A DNA stretch of 64,000 nucleotides, taken from NCBI GenBank assembly GCA_965208125.1, contig OZ242320.1:1504001-1568000 (forward strand), in the 5' to 3' direction. The translations under genes were made by a program, and so were the position numbers. Source of the DNA: Candidatus Latescibacterota bacterium. Its GTDB lineage: Bacteria > Latescibacterota > UBA2968. Numbering within the stretch: the first letter of the stretch is position 1; each line of letters begins with the position of its first letter. The notes beneath the pieces were generated by a model that did not search any database, was not told the origin of the DNA, and saw only the letters and a list, made by a program, of their open reading frames with translations. Shown here one piece after another: positions 17,548 to 27,848 of the stretch.

Positions 17548-19980
17548 ATGACGCGATTTAAAATTTTTACAGGATGGGTCGCAATATGCGCCGCGGTGGG
17601 AGCTATTATAGCTACCGATGCCACAGCGCAATTCGACCCGAACATAATCCCTTTCAGGGAAAACACCAGGGCATTGATCTCCAATTCCTGGAACAACATG
17701 GGCATCCAGGGAGGCAGCCCCGAAATTAACCGCGGCGGCGACCGAAATGCCTATCCCCACAATGGCGTGGGACCGGGTTCCTTCGGACAGGTGTTGTCCC
17801 AATTCACAAGCGGACCAAAATCCCAAGTCTATAACGACTACAAAACCTCAATGGGCGATGGTTTGTGGATTTTGACATCCGACGGACAAATCAGTTTGAC
17901 CGGGCCACGACCTTCGCCGTGGATCAGGGATTTTATTCGTCCATTGCCCTATGATCCCAAAGGCAACGAAGAAGAACACTGGGGCGTCCCCAACCCACTG
18001 CGGACACTCGGAGATGCCTCAAACGTACTTGCCACTTCGGGCGGCTGGAGCGGCGGTGGATCAGAACCGTGGCTGTCCAATTACTGGCCCGGTGTAACAC
18101 AGGCAGATTTCGGAAGCTATTACGGGACCGAGTTAGATCCCTCCAAAACCAGTCCCCTGGTCATTGGAAACTACAATCTGAGTGGCTATATCGTCGATCT
18201 GTCGCTCCCCGAAGAAACCATCATCACCCGCTGGGTACACATCAAACAGGGTATTCAGGTAACGCGGCGGGTCTATAATTGGAGCCACCCGGACTTTGAC
18301 GATTTTTATCTCGTAGATTTGACATTCACCAACACGGGTGATTTCGACGGGGATGGGCAGGAAGACAATCCCGGCGGCACAGCCACGCAGTACGATATCT
18401 ATTTTTCGTTTGTAAACTCTTGGGTGTCCGCAGCAATGGGCGTTATGCAAGCATTTGGCTGGGATGGTTATGTGACGTCGGGTGGTCGCGGTGTGGATGA
18501 TATTTATTTTTATTCCGATGCGAGCAACTACGCGGGTGCGTTTGACCCCGGGTATAAAGCCAGCATTTTCCGCGATTCCGACAACCCATTGTCGCCATAC
18601 GACGACACGGGCGACCCGTATTTCAAACGACTGGGCCATACCGATTCGGATGCGGTTGATGCAACCGAAGGCCAGCTTCGCGCACCGCAACACATCGTGA
18701 TGGCACCCATCGCGTTTACCGATGCACCGGGGCTACACGCCTTTAACACCCGGGACATGGGCAAATACGTCCAGCCACAGGGCGACCAGCCCTTCTCGGC
18801 GCAGTGGTGGCAGGCGCGGTCCAAAGACGACTTTGACGATCCCTATACGGAAAAAGACACCGAATCCCAGATGTATGGTGAGATGCTAAAAGGGGGAACC
18901 AAAGACAACCCGAACGAGAACAATGTAGATGACCGAAAATTTTACATTTTCTCGCAAGTCTATGGTCCGTACACGCTTCAGGCAGGCGAAAGTGCCAAGA
19001 TCGTGATGGCTTATGTCGCCGGTCACCCGGCTCAGATAAAGAACCAGGATATACTGACCTGGGACCGTTCGGATGTGCCGGTAGAAACAAAGATCCAGGA
19101 ATTCAAAACCCTGGGCGAGCAAGCGGCATTTGAGAATTTGCAACTCGCGCACTTTATTTACGATTCCAATTTCCACCATCCACCGGCACCGACGAACGCA
19201 TTTATCGCCGCCGATGACCTGACTTCCAGCGGATTTGCCCGCCAACAGATTTCGTGGATCGACGATGCCGACCGCGCGGTCAATCCCTACACCGGACAAC
19301 AGGACATCGCGGGCTACCGCGTCTATCGCTCCACCTGGTTCGGATGGGGTCCCTGGAAATTGCACGACACCGTACTAAAAGGGCAAAGCGGTTCCAGCCT
19401 CAACGGCCAGTGGTCGCTCGCTGGCGGCAAGTACACCTATGAAGATCTGGATACGGCCGCCGGGTTTGCATATCACTACTCGGTGCGACCCTACAACAGC
19501 GGATATAGCGACTGGATGGGCAGCGGAATGACAATCGCGGATTTGCCGACAGGCAGGGCGCGCGCCAATGCTACGGGTGGGTACGAGAGCGGTTGGGGAC
19601 CTGCCACTGCGCGCACCTACGACGCCGATGACAGACGGCCCTTCCAGCCGACCACTACCGAAACCGATCAGCTCGACCGAAAAGTAACGGTGGTGCCAAA
19701 TCCCTATTTCGTGGATGGCAAGCACCAATATCCCAGAAGCCGAAATCTGCGCTTTGTGGGGATTCCCCAAAAGTGCAAAATCCACATCTTTTCGGCTTCT
19801 GGCGACAGGGTCTATACCGTCACGCACGATAATCCAGACCGGGGCGAAGCCTCGTTTCGGCAGGTGACGTACAATCTGGCTGGCGAAATCCAGACCGGAC
19901 TGTACTACTTCGTCGTCGTATCCGAAACCCCGGGCAGCGAAAACAAGATCCAGCGCGGTACTTTTGTGGTGATTAAGTAG
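17548..19980 (+). CDS. secreted protein with T9SS type-A-like C-terminal sorting domain
   Basis: Signal peptide. IAGYRVYRS Fn3-like segment. C-terminus VTVVPNPY...LRFVGIP.KCKIHIFSASGDRV...TGLYYFVV...GTFVVIK. Confidence 0.75.
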   Translation: MTRFKIFTGWVAICAAVGAIIATDATAQFDPNIIPFRENTRALISNSWNNMGIQGGSPEINRGGDRNAYPHNGVGPGSFGQVLSQFTSGPKSQVYNDYKTSMGDGLWILTSDGQISLTGPRPSPWIRDFIRPLPYDPKGNEEEHWGVPNPLRTLGDASNVLATSGGWSGGGSEPWLSNYWPGVTQADFGSYYGTELDPSKTSPLVIGNYNLSGYIVDLSLPEETIITRWVHIKQGIQVTRRVYNWSHPDFDDFYLVDLTFTNTGDFDGDGQEDNPGGTATQYDIYFSFVNSWVSAAMGVMQAFGWDGYVTSGGRGVDDIYFYSDASNYAGAFDPGYKASIFRDSDNPLSPYDDTGDPYFKRLGHTDSDAVDATEGQLRAPQHIVMAPIAFTDAPGLHAFNTRDMGKYVQPQGDQPFSAQWWQARSKDDFDDPYTEKDTESQMYGEMLKGGTKDNPNENNVDDRKFYIFSQVYGPYTLQAGESAKIVMAYVAGHPAQIKNQDILTWDRSDVPVETKIQEFKTLGEQAAFENLQLAHFIYDSNFHHPPAPTNAFIAADDLTSSGFARQQISWIDDADRAVNPYTGQQDIAGYRVYRSTWFGWGPWKLHDTVLKGQSGSSLNGQWSLAGGKYTYEDLDTAAGFAYHYSVRPYNSGYSDWMGSGMTIADLPTGRARANATGGYESGWGPATARTYDADDRRPFQPTTTETDQLDRKVTVVPNPYFVDGKHQYPRSRNLRFVGIPQKCKIHIFSASGDRVYTVTHDNPDRGEASFRQVTYNLAGEIQTGLYYFVVVSETPGSENKIQRGTFVVIK

Positions 19981-19998
19981 CCGAAGGAGGTATTCATT

Positions 19999-20997
19999 GT
20001 GAAACAGAAAAATCTCATACTTACAGCGTTCCTGAGCCTGCTGCTGATCGCCAGTCCCGCTCTGGGGCTTGAATATGAAGGCGTAACCGCGATCGAAGGG
20101 GTCAAGAAAGTCAACATCGCAGGCATGCAGTTTTTGAAAATTGGACAGGGTGCTCGTGCCGTGGGGATGGGTGATTCATACACGGCAATTGCCGATGATA
20201 TCAACGCCATCTTCTGGAACGGCGCCGGGCTGACCCATGTGGAAAGGTTCGCCTATCAGGCCAATTACACCAAATGGCTGGCAGGCACAGAACTGTATTC
20301 GGCGGCAGCCGTCTTCAACACCCACTCGTCTCGGGGTGAAGTTCTGGGTATCAGCCTGATTACACAGCAGGTCGAACCCATCGAAGAAACCACCATCTTC
20401 CAGCCGAGTGGAACGGGTCAATTTGTCGATGTGAACTACATGGCGGTGGGCTTGCTCTACGCCATAAAATTCACAGATAAATTCTCGTTCAGCGCCAAAG
20501 CCAACTATGTGCAGGAAAAGCTCTACACGCAAAGGACCAGTACATTTACCATAGACCTGGGCAGCCATTTCTATACCGGGTTTAGAAGCCTGCGCGTGGC
20601 CATGTCGTTCAAGAACTTCGGCCCAGACCAGAAATCCAGGGAAGAGGCATTCTCCTACCTGATGCCCCTGACTTACAACATGGGCCTGGCCGCCGAAGTC
20701 TATGGCGAAAAAGGCGATCCGACCTATTTGACGCTGGCAGCCGAGAGCGTATTCCCCGTAGATTTCGAGCAACGCTATCACTTTGGAGCCGAACTCTGGG
20801 TCCAGAACATGGTAGCTGTGCGCGCGGGCTATAAGTGGAATTACGACCTCGAGTCCTTTGCCTTTGGCGCTGGCGTCAAGCAGACAGTGGGTGGGCGTAC
20901 CTTCGTGGTAGATGTGTCCTATTCGCTGCTGAAGGATATTGACGGCGTGGCACTATTCGACTCGCCGCTACGCATATCAATAGGTGGCACGTTCTAA
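19999..20997 (+). CDS. PorV/PorQ-family outer-membrane barrel
   Basis: FLKIGQGARAVGMGDSYTAIADDINAIFWNGAGL signature. Terminal Phe. AAGGAGG RBS with GTG start. Confidence 0.85.
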   Translation: MKQKNLILTAFLSLLLIASPALGLEYEGVTAIEGVKKVNIAGMQFLKIGQGARAVGMGDSYTAIADDINAIFWNGAGLTHVERFAYQANYTKWLAGTELYSAAAVFNTHSSRGEVLGISLITQQVEPIEETTIFQPSGTGQFVDVNYMAVGLLYAIKFTDKFSFSAKANYVQEKLYTQRTSTFTIDLGSHFYTGFRSLRVAMSFKNFGPDQKSREEAFSYLMPLTYNMGLAAEVYGEKGDPTYLTLAAESVFPVDFEQRYHFGAELWVQNMVAVRAGYKWNYDLESFAFGAGVKQTVGGRTFVVDVSYSLLKDIDGVALFDSPLRISIGGTF

Positions 20998-21044
20998 TGA
21001 ACGGCTATCGCAGTTTCTGCGATTTCTACAGTTTGTACATCTTT

Positions 21045-21083
21045 AGGGCGACTGCCGGGGTTGCACCCTGGCAATCGCCCTTT
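21045..21083 (+). terminator. stem-loop/terminator after the PorV-like gene
   Basis: AGGGCGACTGCCGGGG-TTGCA-CCCTGGCAATCGCCCT-TT. Confidence 0.6.
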
Positions 21084-21099
21084 GTATTCTGTGCAAAAA

Positions 21100-22944
21100 A
21101 TGCCTACAAATCAACGCGAGAAAACCTGGCCTCTCGTCGCGGTGGGATTGGCTGCCTTTCTGGTATTCGCAAACAGTCTCGGCAACGGATTGGTCTATGA
21201 CGATCACTTTCTGATCGAACGCAACCGATTGCTTCGCGAAGCCGATGTGTGGGGCATTTTAACCACGCATTACTGGGCCGGATACGAGGGTGAAGCCAAC
21301 GTCAACGGGCAATATCGCCCCCTCACAGTCCTGTCTTTTATGCTGGATGGTCTGGGAGGGATTTGGCCCTTTCGATTTCACCTGACCAATACAATCCTGC
21401 ATGGGGTCAACAGCCTCCTCGCCTATCTCCTCTGCCTGAGTCTGGGACTAAAACGGGGCGCAATCCTATCCGCATTGTTATTTGCCGTACATCCCATCCA
21501 TGCCGAAGTCGTCGCTGGCATAACATTTGGGCGCGCAGATCTATTGACAGGCCTGTTTTCTCTATCAGCCCTGCTCCTGTACATCCTCTGGCACAACCGG
21601 AGCGCGGAAAAGTACTACGGATTGGCCCTCGTGGGATTCTTTCTCGCCTTGCTCTCCAAAGAAAGCGCGATAACCGTACTTGGCCTGATCATCGCCGTCG
21701 ATTTGACCCTGTCCCGCGGGAATGGGATACGCAATCTCCTGTGGCAACGCAGCGCGCGCTGGGCTGGCTTCATCGGGATTTTTGTCCTCTATCTAACCAT
21801 GCGAAAAGTCGCTGCGGGCCTGGGATTCTCAGCCGAAAATATACTCGCTCTCAACAACCCACTCATAGACCAGCCCCTCGACCACAGACTCCTGACAGCC
21901 GCCGGACTCTTTTGGAAATACTGCATTCTCATTTTGTTTCCCATCAAATTATCCGTAGATTACTCTTATAATGCCATACCCGTCATCACCTCTATACTCA
22001 CACCCGAAGCAATAGCGGGCATACTCCTCGGCATCGCGGGACTATTATTGTGGGCAGGTGCTTTTTACAAGCACTGGCCCTGCGTATTTTTTGCTCTATC
22101 ATTATTCTTTGTACCCTATTCAGCCGTATCACAAACACTCGTCCTCATCAACGCCATTTTTCAGGAGCGATTTTTATACATCCCAGTTCTCGGTTTATTC
22201 ACGCTGTGTGGCCTGGGATTTGAACACCTTGAAAAACACCGCAAAACAGTCGCCATTGCCCTCGCCGCCCTCATCCTCATGGCCTATAGTGCCCGAACAA
22301 TTGTCCGAAACGCGGACTGGCGAGACGACTTAACACTTTATCAGAGTGCAGCAACAGCATACCCCAAAAGCGCGAAAATGCAACACGCTCTGGGCGACGC
22401 CCTATCCGAACGCGGCAGAATGTCCGAAGCGGAAACAGCTTACAGAAATGCCCTATCAGTGCGAGAAAATGCCCTCACCTATAACAACCTGGGAAATCTC
22501 TATGCCGCAACAGCCCGTTTTAAAAACGCAACAGCCGCGTATCAAAAAGCAGTGGAAATAGAACCGCATTACGTCGAAGCCTATATGAACAAAGGACTCG
22601 CAGCAATGCAGGCCGGGCAAATAACCGACGCGCATTCGGCCTTTGAACGAGCCGCGGTTCTCAACCCAACCAGCGCAGAAATCTTCTACAACCTGGGCGT
22701 GGTCCGCGAAAAATTGGCCCAGCCCGCACAGGCAACAACAGCTTATGCCCGCGCCATCGCATTGCGCCCAGATTGGGCTGAAGCGTATTTCAACCTGGGA
22801 AAAGCCCATCGGGACAACGGCGAAAAAATCGCAGCCATACAGGCGTACACGCGCTTTATAGAACTCTGGCGGGGAGACCCGCAAGTCGCGCAACTGGCAC
22901 GCCGTGAATTGGAAATGCTCAATGAAAAACCCCTTGCCCGATAG
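21100..22944 (+). CDS. TMTC-like GT-C glycosyltransferase with C-terminal TPRs
   Basis: LVYDD acidic loop, YRPLT, FHLTN..LHG.N, LFAVHPIHAEVVA, LLSKESAI, LSVDYS, ERFLYIP and RNADW, followed by TPR repeats. Confidence 0.85.
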   Translation: MPTNQREKTWPLVAVGLAAFLVFANSLGNGLVYDDHFLIERNRLLREADVWGILTTHYWAGYEGEANVNGQYRPLTVLSFMLDGLGGIWPFRFHLTNTILHGVNSLLAYLLCLSLGLKRGAILSALLFAVHPIHAEVVAGITFGRADLLTGLFSLSALLLYILWHNRSAEKYYGLALVGFFLALLSKESAITVLGLIIAVDLTLSRGNGIRNLLWQRSARWAGFIGIFVLYLTMRKVAAGLGFSAENILALNNPLIDQPLDHRLLTAAGLFWKYCILILFPIKLSVDYSYNAIPVITSILTPEAIAGILLGIAGLLLWAGAFYKHWPCVFFALSLFFVPYSAVSQTLVLINAIFQERFLYIPVLGLFTLCGLGFEHLEKHRKTVAIALAALILMAYSARTIVRNADWRDDLTLYQSAATAYPKSAKMQHALGDALSERGRMSEAETAYRNALSVRENALTYNNLGNLYAATARFKNATAAYQKAVEIEPHYVEAYMNKGLAAMQAGQITDAHSAFERAAVLNPTSAEIFYNLGVVREKLAQPAQATTAYARAIALRPDWAEAYFNLGKAHRDNGEKIAAIQAYTRFIELWRGDPQVAQLARRELEMLNEKPLAR

Positions 22945-24340
22945 TCGTGCCATACGGAAGTTCTTCGACGAAGCTGCCGAAAACCGGGATCGTTGGCGCA
23001 GGCGCAATCGCACCTATCACGAAGAAGTCTTGCGATTTTGCCGCTGCGCTGTGCCCGAAGGATCGTCTGTCCTGGTCATAGGATGCGGCACCGGCGACCT
23101 GCTCGCGGGCCTGAAACCGGGACGGGGACTCGGCATTGACTTCAGCGAAGCAATGATAAAACGCGCGCGCAAAAAATACCCCGACCTGAGATTTCGCGCA
23201 GGACGCGCCGAAAACTTGCCCGAAGGGGAGCGATTCGAATGGATCATCTTATCGGACCTGCTGGGTTTTCTGCCGGACATCCAGCGCGTATTCAGCGAAC
23301 TGTGGAAAGTCGTACTGCCCGGCTCCCGCGTCCTGATCACGCACTACAATCCCCTGTGGAAACCCGTGCTAAAAACCGGAGAAATATTTCGCCTAAAAAT
23401 GCCCGAACCCGTGCAAAACTGGTTGACACACCGGGACATTCAGAATTTACTTTATCTATCGGGCTTTGAAGAAATTCGACGGGAAACCCGTCTGTTTTTG
23501 CCCCGCCGCGTACCCCTTCTCGCGTGGCTTGCCAATCGCCTTTTGGCAAGAGTACCGGGATTGAGACGCCTGTGTCTCATACAAACACTCGTCGCCCGCC
23601 CCGTCTTTCCCGCACGGGAAGCATCCGCAGTCACTTGCTCGGTCATAATACCCTGCAAAAACGAGCGCGGCACAGTGGAAGCGGCAATTGCGCGCACACC
23701 TGCGATGGGAGCGCATACAGAACTAATCTTTGTCGTGGGACATTCAACAGACGGCACTGCCGAAGAAGTCGAGCGATGCATGGCGGCATATAGCGGAACA
23801 GACATCCGCCTGATCCGGCAAACCGGAACGGGCAAAGGGGACGCCGTACGACAGGGATTTGACGCAGCCAGAGGCGATATATTGATAATCCTGGACGGCG
23901 ACCTGACCGTCGCCCCAGAGGAACTGCCCAAATTCTTCGACGCCCTCGTATCCGGCCGCGCCGACCTCGCAGTGGGATCCCGCCTCGTATATCCCATGGA
24001 ACAACAGGCCATGCGATTTCTGAACCTTCTGGGCAACCGATTTTTCGGCTGGGTATTGAGTTGCCTCCTGGGGCAACGCATTCTGGACACCCTGTGCGGC
24101 ACCAAAGTCCTGTTTGCCTCGGACTACAAAAAATTGACCAGAGCGCGTCGAGACGTATGTGACTTCGATCCCTTTGGCGACTTTGATCTCCTCCTCGGCG
24201 CGTCCAAACTCGTTCGCAAAATAGTAGAAGTACCCGTGCGCTATCGGGATCGGGTGTACGGAAAAACGCAGATCCACCGCTTTCGGCACGGCTTTTTGCT
24301 ATTGCGCGTTTGCTGGACTGCTTTTCGCAAGCTGCATTGA
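22922..24340 (+). CDS. class I SAM methyltransferase - GT2 glycosyltransferase fusion
   Basis: VLVIGCGTG and GIDFS (SAM-binding). SVIIPCKNE, GKGDAVRQG, LDGDL (DxD) and DTLCGTK (DPM-synthase-like GT2). Confidence 0.88.
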   Translation: MKNPLPDSRAIRKFFDEAAENRDRWRRRNRTYHEEVLRFCRCAVPEGSSVLVIGCGTGDLLAGLKPGRGLGIDFSEAMIKRARKKYPDLRFRAGRAENLPEGERFEWIILSDLLGFLPDIQRVFSELWKVVLPGSRVLITHYNPLWKPVLKTGEIFRLKMPEPVQNWLTHRDIQNLLYLSGFEEIRRETRLFLPRRVPLLAWLANRLLARVPGLRRLCLIQTLVARPVFPAREASAVTCSVIIPCKNERGTVEAAIARTPAMGAHTELIFVVGHSTDGTAEEVERCMAAYSGTDIRLIRQTGTGKGDAVRQGFDAARGDILIILDGDLTVAPEELPKFFDALVSGRADLAVGSRLVYPMEQQAMRFLNLLGNRFFGWVLSCLLGQRILDTLCGTKVLFASDYKKLTRARRDVCDFDPFGDFDLLLGASKLVRKIVEVPVRYRDRVYGKTQIHRFRHGFLLLRVCWTAFRKLH

Positions 24341-24343
24341 ACG

Positions 24344-27300
24344 GTGTATCCTTTCAGGAGACATACCGTGTTCACTTCACCAATAGCCAGATACGCATTG
24401 CTCATAGCTATCGCGCTCTGGAACACCGCAGACGCTCAGGAGGGTTTAATCCTCCGCACCGGAGAGACCAGTCATGTGTGGACCTACTCTCGAGAAATGG
24501 GCGGCATCACACTGACGGAACTGTGGACAAATGGTGCGGAACGGGAACAGTGTCTCGGCATTTTTCCCGGGCGACCTGGTCAATTGGGCAGAACAGAAAC
24601 CGGAACCATTATCTACCAATCCATCCCCCTATTATTGCCCGCACCCGGCGACATCTTGCACAGGGGACACACCATCTCTCTTGCCCCATCCCGATACTGG
24701 GAACTGAAATCGCCGGCACGCGATATCCTCCTGATAGATAATCCGGACCTGGAATCCATCATCTGGACCACTGAAAAAGCGATAAAAGGATTAAAACCTG
24801 ACGCGCCAGCTTTCGGTGAAAAAGCCCTGCCCGACCTCATATCGGGCTTCAACGCCGTGCGCCTGGCGCAACTGAGCCTCTCGCACTGGGACTTCAAACA
24901 AGCTGCAGCTTATTACACACAGGCGGCACGCCATTTTGAATCATTGGCCAGACAATCCGCTAAAAACGGTCTATCCGAATCACCAATGCGGGATTACGTC
25001 CAGACATTTCAAACCGCCGCCCAGGAAATTCGGAAAAACGGATCGCGCTGGGTTTGCCGCGACCACCTCACCGCAATCGCCAGACTATTGACCGCATACC
25101 GCCGCGATCACCGCGGAGAAATGCCCGATCAGCTGTCCGCGCTTCAAAAATGGGCTATTGCGGAATCCCGGGCAGATCCCGGGACCATCGCCCGCCTGTT
25201 CCGCGCCCCCGTAGATCGGGACCAAACCCGGCCCGTCAGCTATTTTTACAGACCCAATGCCGCTACAGGTGAAGCCATTGTCGTGAGCTATTTCTACCCC
25301 GGTCGCCTCGTAGAACTGGTTCGACACACCGAAAATTACCGCGTACAGGACCGTCCCATTGCACAAACACAGATAGATTCACTCCTGATAATGGGCAAAA
25401 CCCTCCTATCGCAAAACGACACCCTCGCCGTGCCCATACTAACCGCACTCACCCATGTCGCACCCGAGATGGAACTGGGCCATTGCCTCCTCGGCTATGC
25501 CTATTTAGAAATAGAGGATTACGACCGCGCGCGAAACGCTTTTGAGCGCGCCATTGACCTCGACCACCGCCTGTCCGAGGCGTACAACGGACTGGGACTC
25601 GTCTTCCAAAATCGCCCCAAAGGCATGTACAATGCTATCCGCTACTTCAGAAAAGCCTTGCAGTGGTCTCCAGATGAACGGCTATCGCAGCTATACAATA
25701 CCCACCGCGATGCCCGCTTTAACATGGCGCTGACGCGATATAAACTCAAAGAATACGACACCAAACGCGACCTCGACCACGTCATCGCAATGGACCCAAC
25801 CTACGCGCCGACCTACAAACTGCTGGGCAAATGGTGGGAAGAACAGGAAGAAGACCATGAACAGGCGGCCATGGCCTATGCCCGCTACATAACACTCGCG
25901 CCCGAGGACCCGGAAGGCAGAGAACTGCTTTCGAAAGCCTATTTGCGAAGTAAAAACTTCGGCCGCATCGTACAGTTACTGGAAGATCACATCCGCGAGT
26001 ACCCCGAAGAAATCGCATCTCTGCCCATCCTGGCGCAGGCGTGTCTTGAACAGAAACGCCCGAACTGGGCACAAACCTATTTTTCCCGCTATGTGACGCA
26101 CCTGGACCAGCAACACCGCGCACTATACGAAGACATCCAATTCCTCGCATCCACCGAAGAACTCGAAGAATACAACAGCCTTGACACAGACGTGGCGCGT
26201 TCCTCATTTTTGCGGCAGTTCTGGGCACTAAAAGATCCAAATCTGATCACGGCACCCAACGAACGCAAACTCGAACACTACAGACGGGTGTGGTATGCCC
26301 TGACAAATTTCTCAGAGAAAAAAAAGCCCTTTGACCGGCGCGGCGAGGTCTATATCCGCTTCGGAGAGCCTGACTATCGGTCGCGATCCAACATGTTAAA
26401 CCTGCAACAAAGCCTATCCGTACAGCGGGTAAAAGAGCGCGTGGCCCAAACGCTATTTGGTGGCGAAGCCGCGCAACAAACCTACTTTGGGCCGGTATAT
26501 CCCGTGCGAGGACTTCAAACCAGACTAAGTGGCGCAACCCCACTCAGGGTGCAACGCGAGGACGCATCCATGCAGCAGGCTATCGAACAGTCACAGGAAC
26601 GGGAGCGACAGGGACTCGAGTCAGGAGGCGAAGAACAGCGCACCGTGCGTTCGGCACAGGCAACAGGCGATGACCAGACCGGAGAGGACATCAGCACTTA
26701 CGAACGGCTGGCGAATACAGTCGTCAACGCCGGTAACATGGGGAGTGGATTTTTTGATCTCCAGCCGGATTTCAACGCGGTCTCCGTTCCAGAAGACGCC
26801 TCTATGGTGCGGTGGGAAACCTGGATTTATACCGATGTGAACGGGGGCATCGAAATAACCTTCACCGACGAAGCAATGAACGGCAATTTCGACTATGCGC
26901 CCGCGCCCCTGGATCCCAACATCCCCATCCGCACACTTGCCCTGCTGAACCGATACAATCCCCGCAGGGTCACCGAATTTGCCGCTCGGGTAACCCCGGA
27001 TTATTACGCAACCCCGGAAAACACCCGCCCCCTGGAATTTTATTACGACCTCGCGGATTTTCAGAGTCTCCAAAATGACGCGAGCGCGCTGGAAGTCTAT
27101 ACCGGGATCCCGCGGACACTGGGGCGGTATTTTGCCGAAAACAATACCACCGAACTGGTCGTGGAGCGAACCGTATCCCTCTTGAACGAACAAACCGGAG
27201 ACGTATATCGGCGCACAGGCGATGTGCGCTTTCGCAATGAAGGCGATCAAACCGGCATACAGGGTGCGTTTGTACCCGACGTCGTGCGCCTGGACGCCCC

Positions 27301-27841
27301 GCCGGGATATTACAAGCTGGAAGTACATCTGATGGACCGCCTGTCCGGACGGCAGGGGCGTTATCGCCAAATAATCGAACTGGAGAAATATCAGACCCGC
27401 TCAATGAAAGTAAGCGACCTGGAACTCGCATGGCGCATTGCAGAAGGCGGACCTCAGGACAAATTTCGCAAAGGCGAATTACACGTAATCCCCATGCCCA
27501 CGCGAACCTACCCGAAGGGACAGAGCATTTTTGTCTATTACGAAATCTACAATCTAAAACGCGATGAATTTGGTCAGACAAAATACCAGGTGGAATACAC
27601 AATCGCGCCAAAAGGCAAAGGCGTGGGCGGTGTCGTATCTCGCATGGTGAGAACGCTTGGCGGCAAACGAGAAAAAGTGTTAATGGGATATGAACAGGTC
27701 GGAACAATGGACCTGGAAACCGTCTATACCGAATTGGAATTGGGCGACCGAGAACCGGGACGCTACGCGCTGGAAGTCGTGATAATCGATTTGAACGGCG
27801 AACAAACCGCCTCCAAAAATGCCCTTTTTGTCGTACAGTGA
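24344..27841 (+). CDS. GWxTD-domain TPR protein with long N-terminal extension
   Basis: Signal peptide, TPRs, FWALKDP...NERKLEHYRRVWYA...PFDRRGEVYIRFGEPD, WETWIY, C-terminal VYYEIYNL Ig-like domains. Confidence 0.85.
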   Translation: MYPFRRHTVFTSPIARYALLIAIALWNTADAQEGLILRTGETSHVWTYSREMGGITLTELWTNGAEREQCLGIFPGRPGQLGRTETGTIIYQSIPLLLPAPGDILHRGHTISLAPSRYWELKSPARDILLIDNPDLESIIWTTEKAIKGLKPDAPAFGEKALPDLISGFNAVRLAQLSLSHWDFKQAAAYYTQAARHFESLARQSAKNGLSESPMRDYVQTFQTAAQEIRKNGSRWVCRDHLTAIARLLTAYRRDHRGEMPDQLSALQKWAIAESRADPGTIARLFRAPVDRDQTRPVSYFYRPNAATGEAIVVSYFYPGRLVELVRHTENYRVQDRPIAQTQIDSLLIMGKTLLSQNDTLAVPILTALTHVAPEMELGHCLLGYAYLEIEDYDRARNAFERAIDLDHRLSEAYNGLGLVFQNRPKGMYNAIRYFRKALQWSPDERLSQLYNTHRDARFNMALTRYKLKEYDTKRDLDHVIAMDPTYAPTYKLLGKWWEEQEEDHEQAAMAYARYITLAPEDPEGRELLSKAYLRSKNFGRIVQLLEDHIREYPEEIASLPILAQACLEQKRPNWAQTYFSRYVTHLDQQHRALYEDIQFLASTEELEEYNSLDTDVARSSFLRQFWALKDPNLITAPNERKLEHYRRVWYALTNFSEKKKPFDRRGEVYIRFGEPDYRSRSNMLNLQQSLSVQRVKERVAQTLFGGEAAQQTYFGPVYPVRGLQTRLSGATPLRVQREDASMQQAIEQSQERERQGLESGGEEQRTVRSAQATGDDQTGEDISTYERLANTVVNAGNMGSGFFDLQPDFNAVSVPEDASMVRWETWIYTDVNGGIEITFTDEAMNGNFDYAPAPLDPNIPIRTLALLNRYNPRRVTEFAARVTPDYYATPENTRPLEFYYDLADFQSLQNDASALEVYTGIPRTLGRYFAENNTTELVVERTVSLLNEQTGDVYRRTGDVRFRNEGDQTGIQGAFVPDVVRLDAPPGYYKLEVHLMDRLSGRQGRYRQIIELEKYQTRSMKVSDLELAWRIAEGGPQDKFRKGELHVIPMPTRTYPKGQSIFVYYEIYNLKRDEFGQTKYQVEYTIAPKGKGVGGVVSRMVRTLGGKREKVLMGYEQVGTMDLETVYTELELGDREPGRYALEVVIIDLNGEQTASKNALFVVQ

Positions 27842-27848
27842 GACAATT

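Noticed and set aside
21061-21099. Upstream TTG start for the TMTC-like gene (likewise track starts 464, 3882, 22904, 27819, 32239, 35302, 35940)
   Set aside because: These starts fall in hairpins, repeats or upstream genes. Downstream ATGs give better RBS or signal-peptide context.
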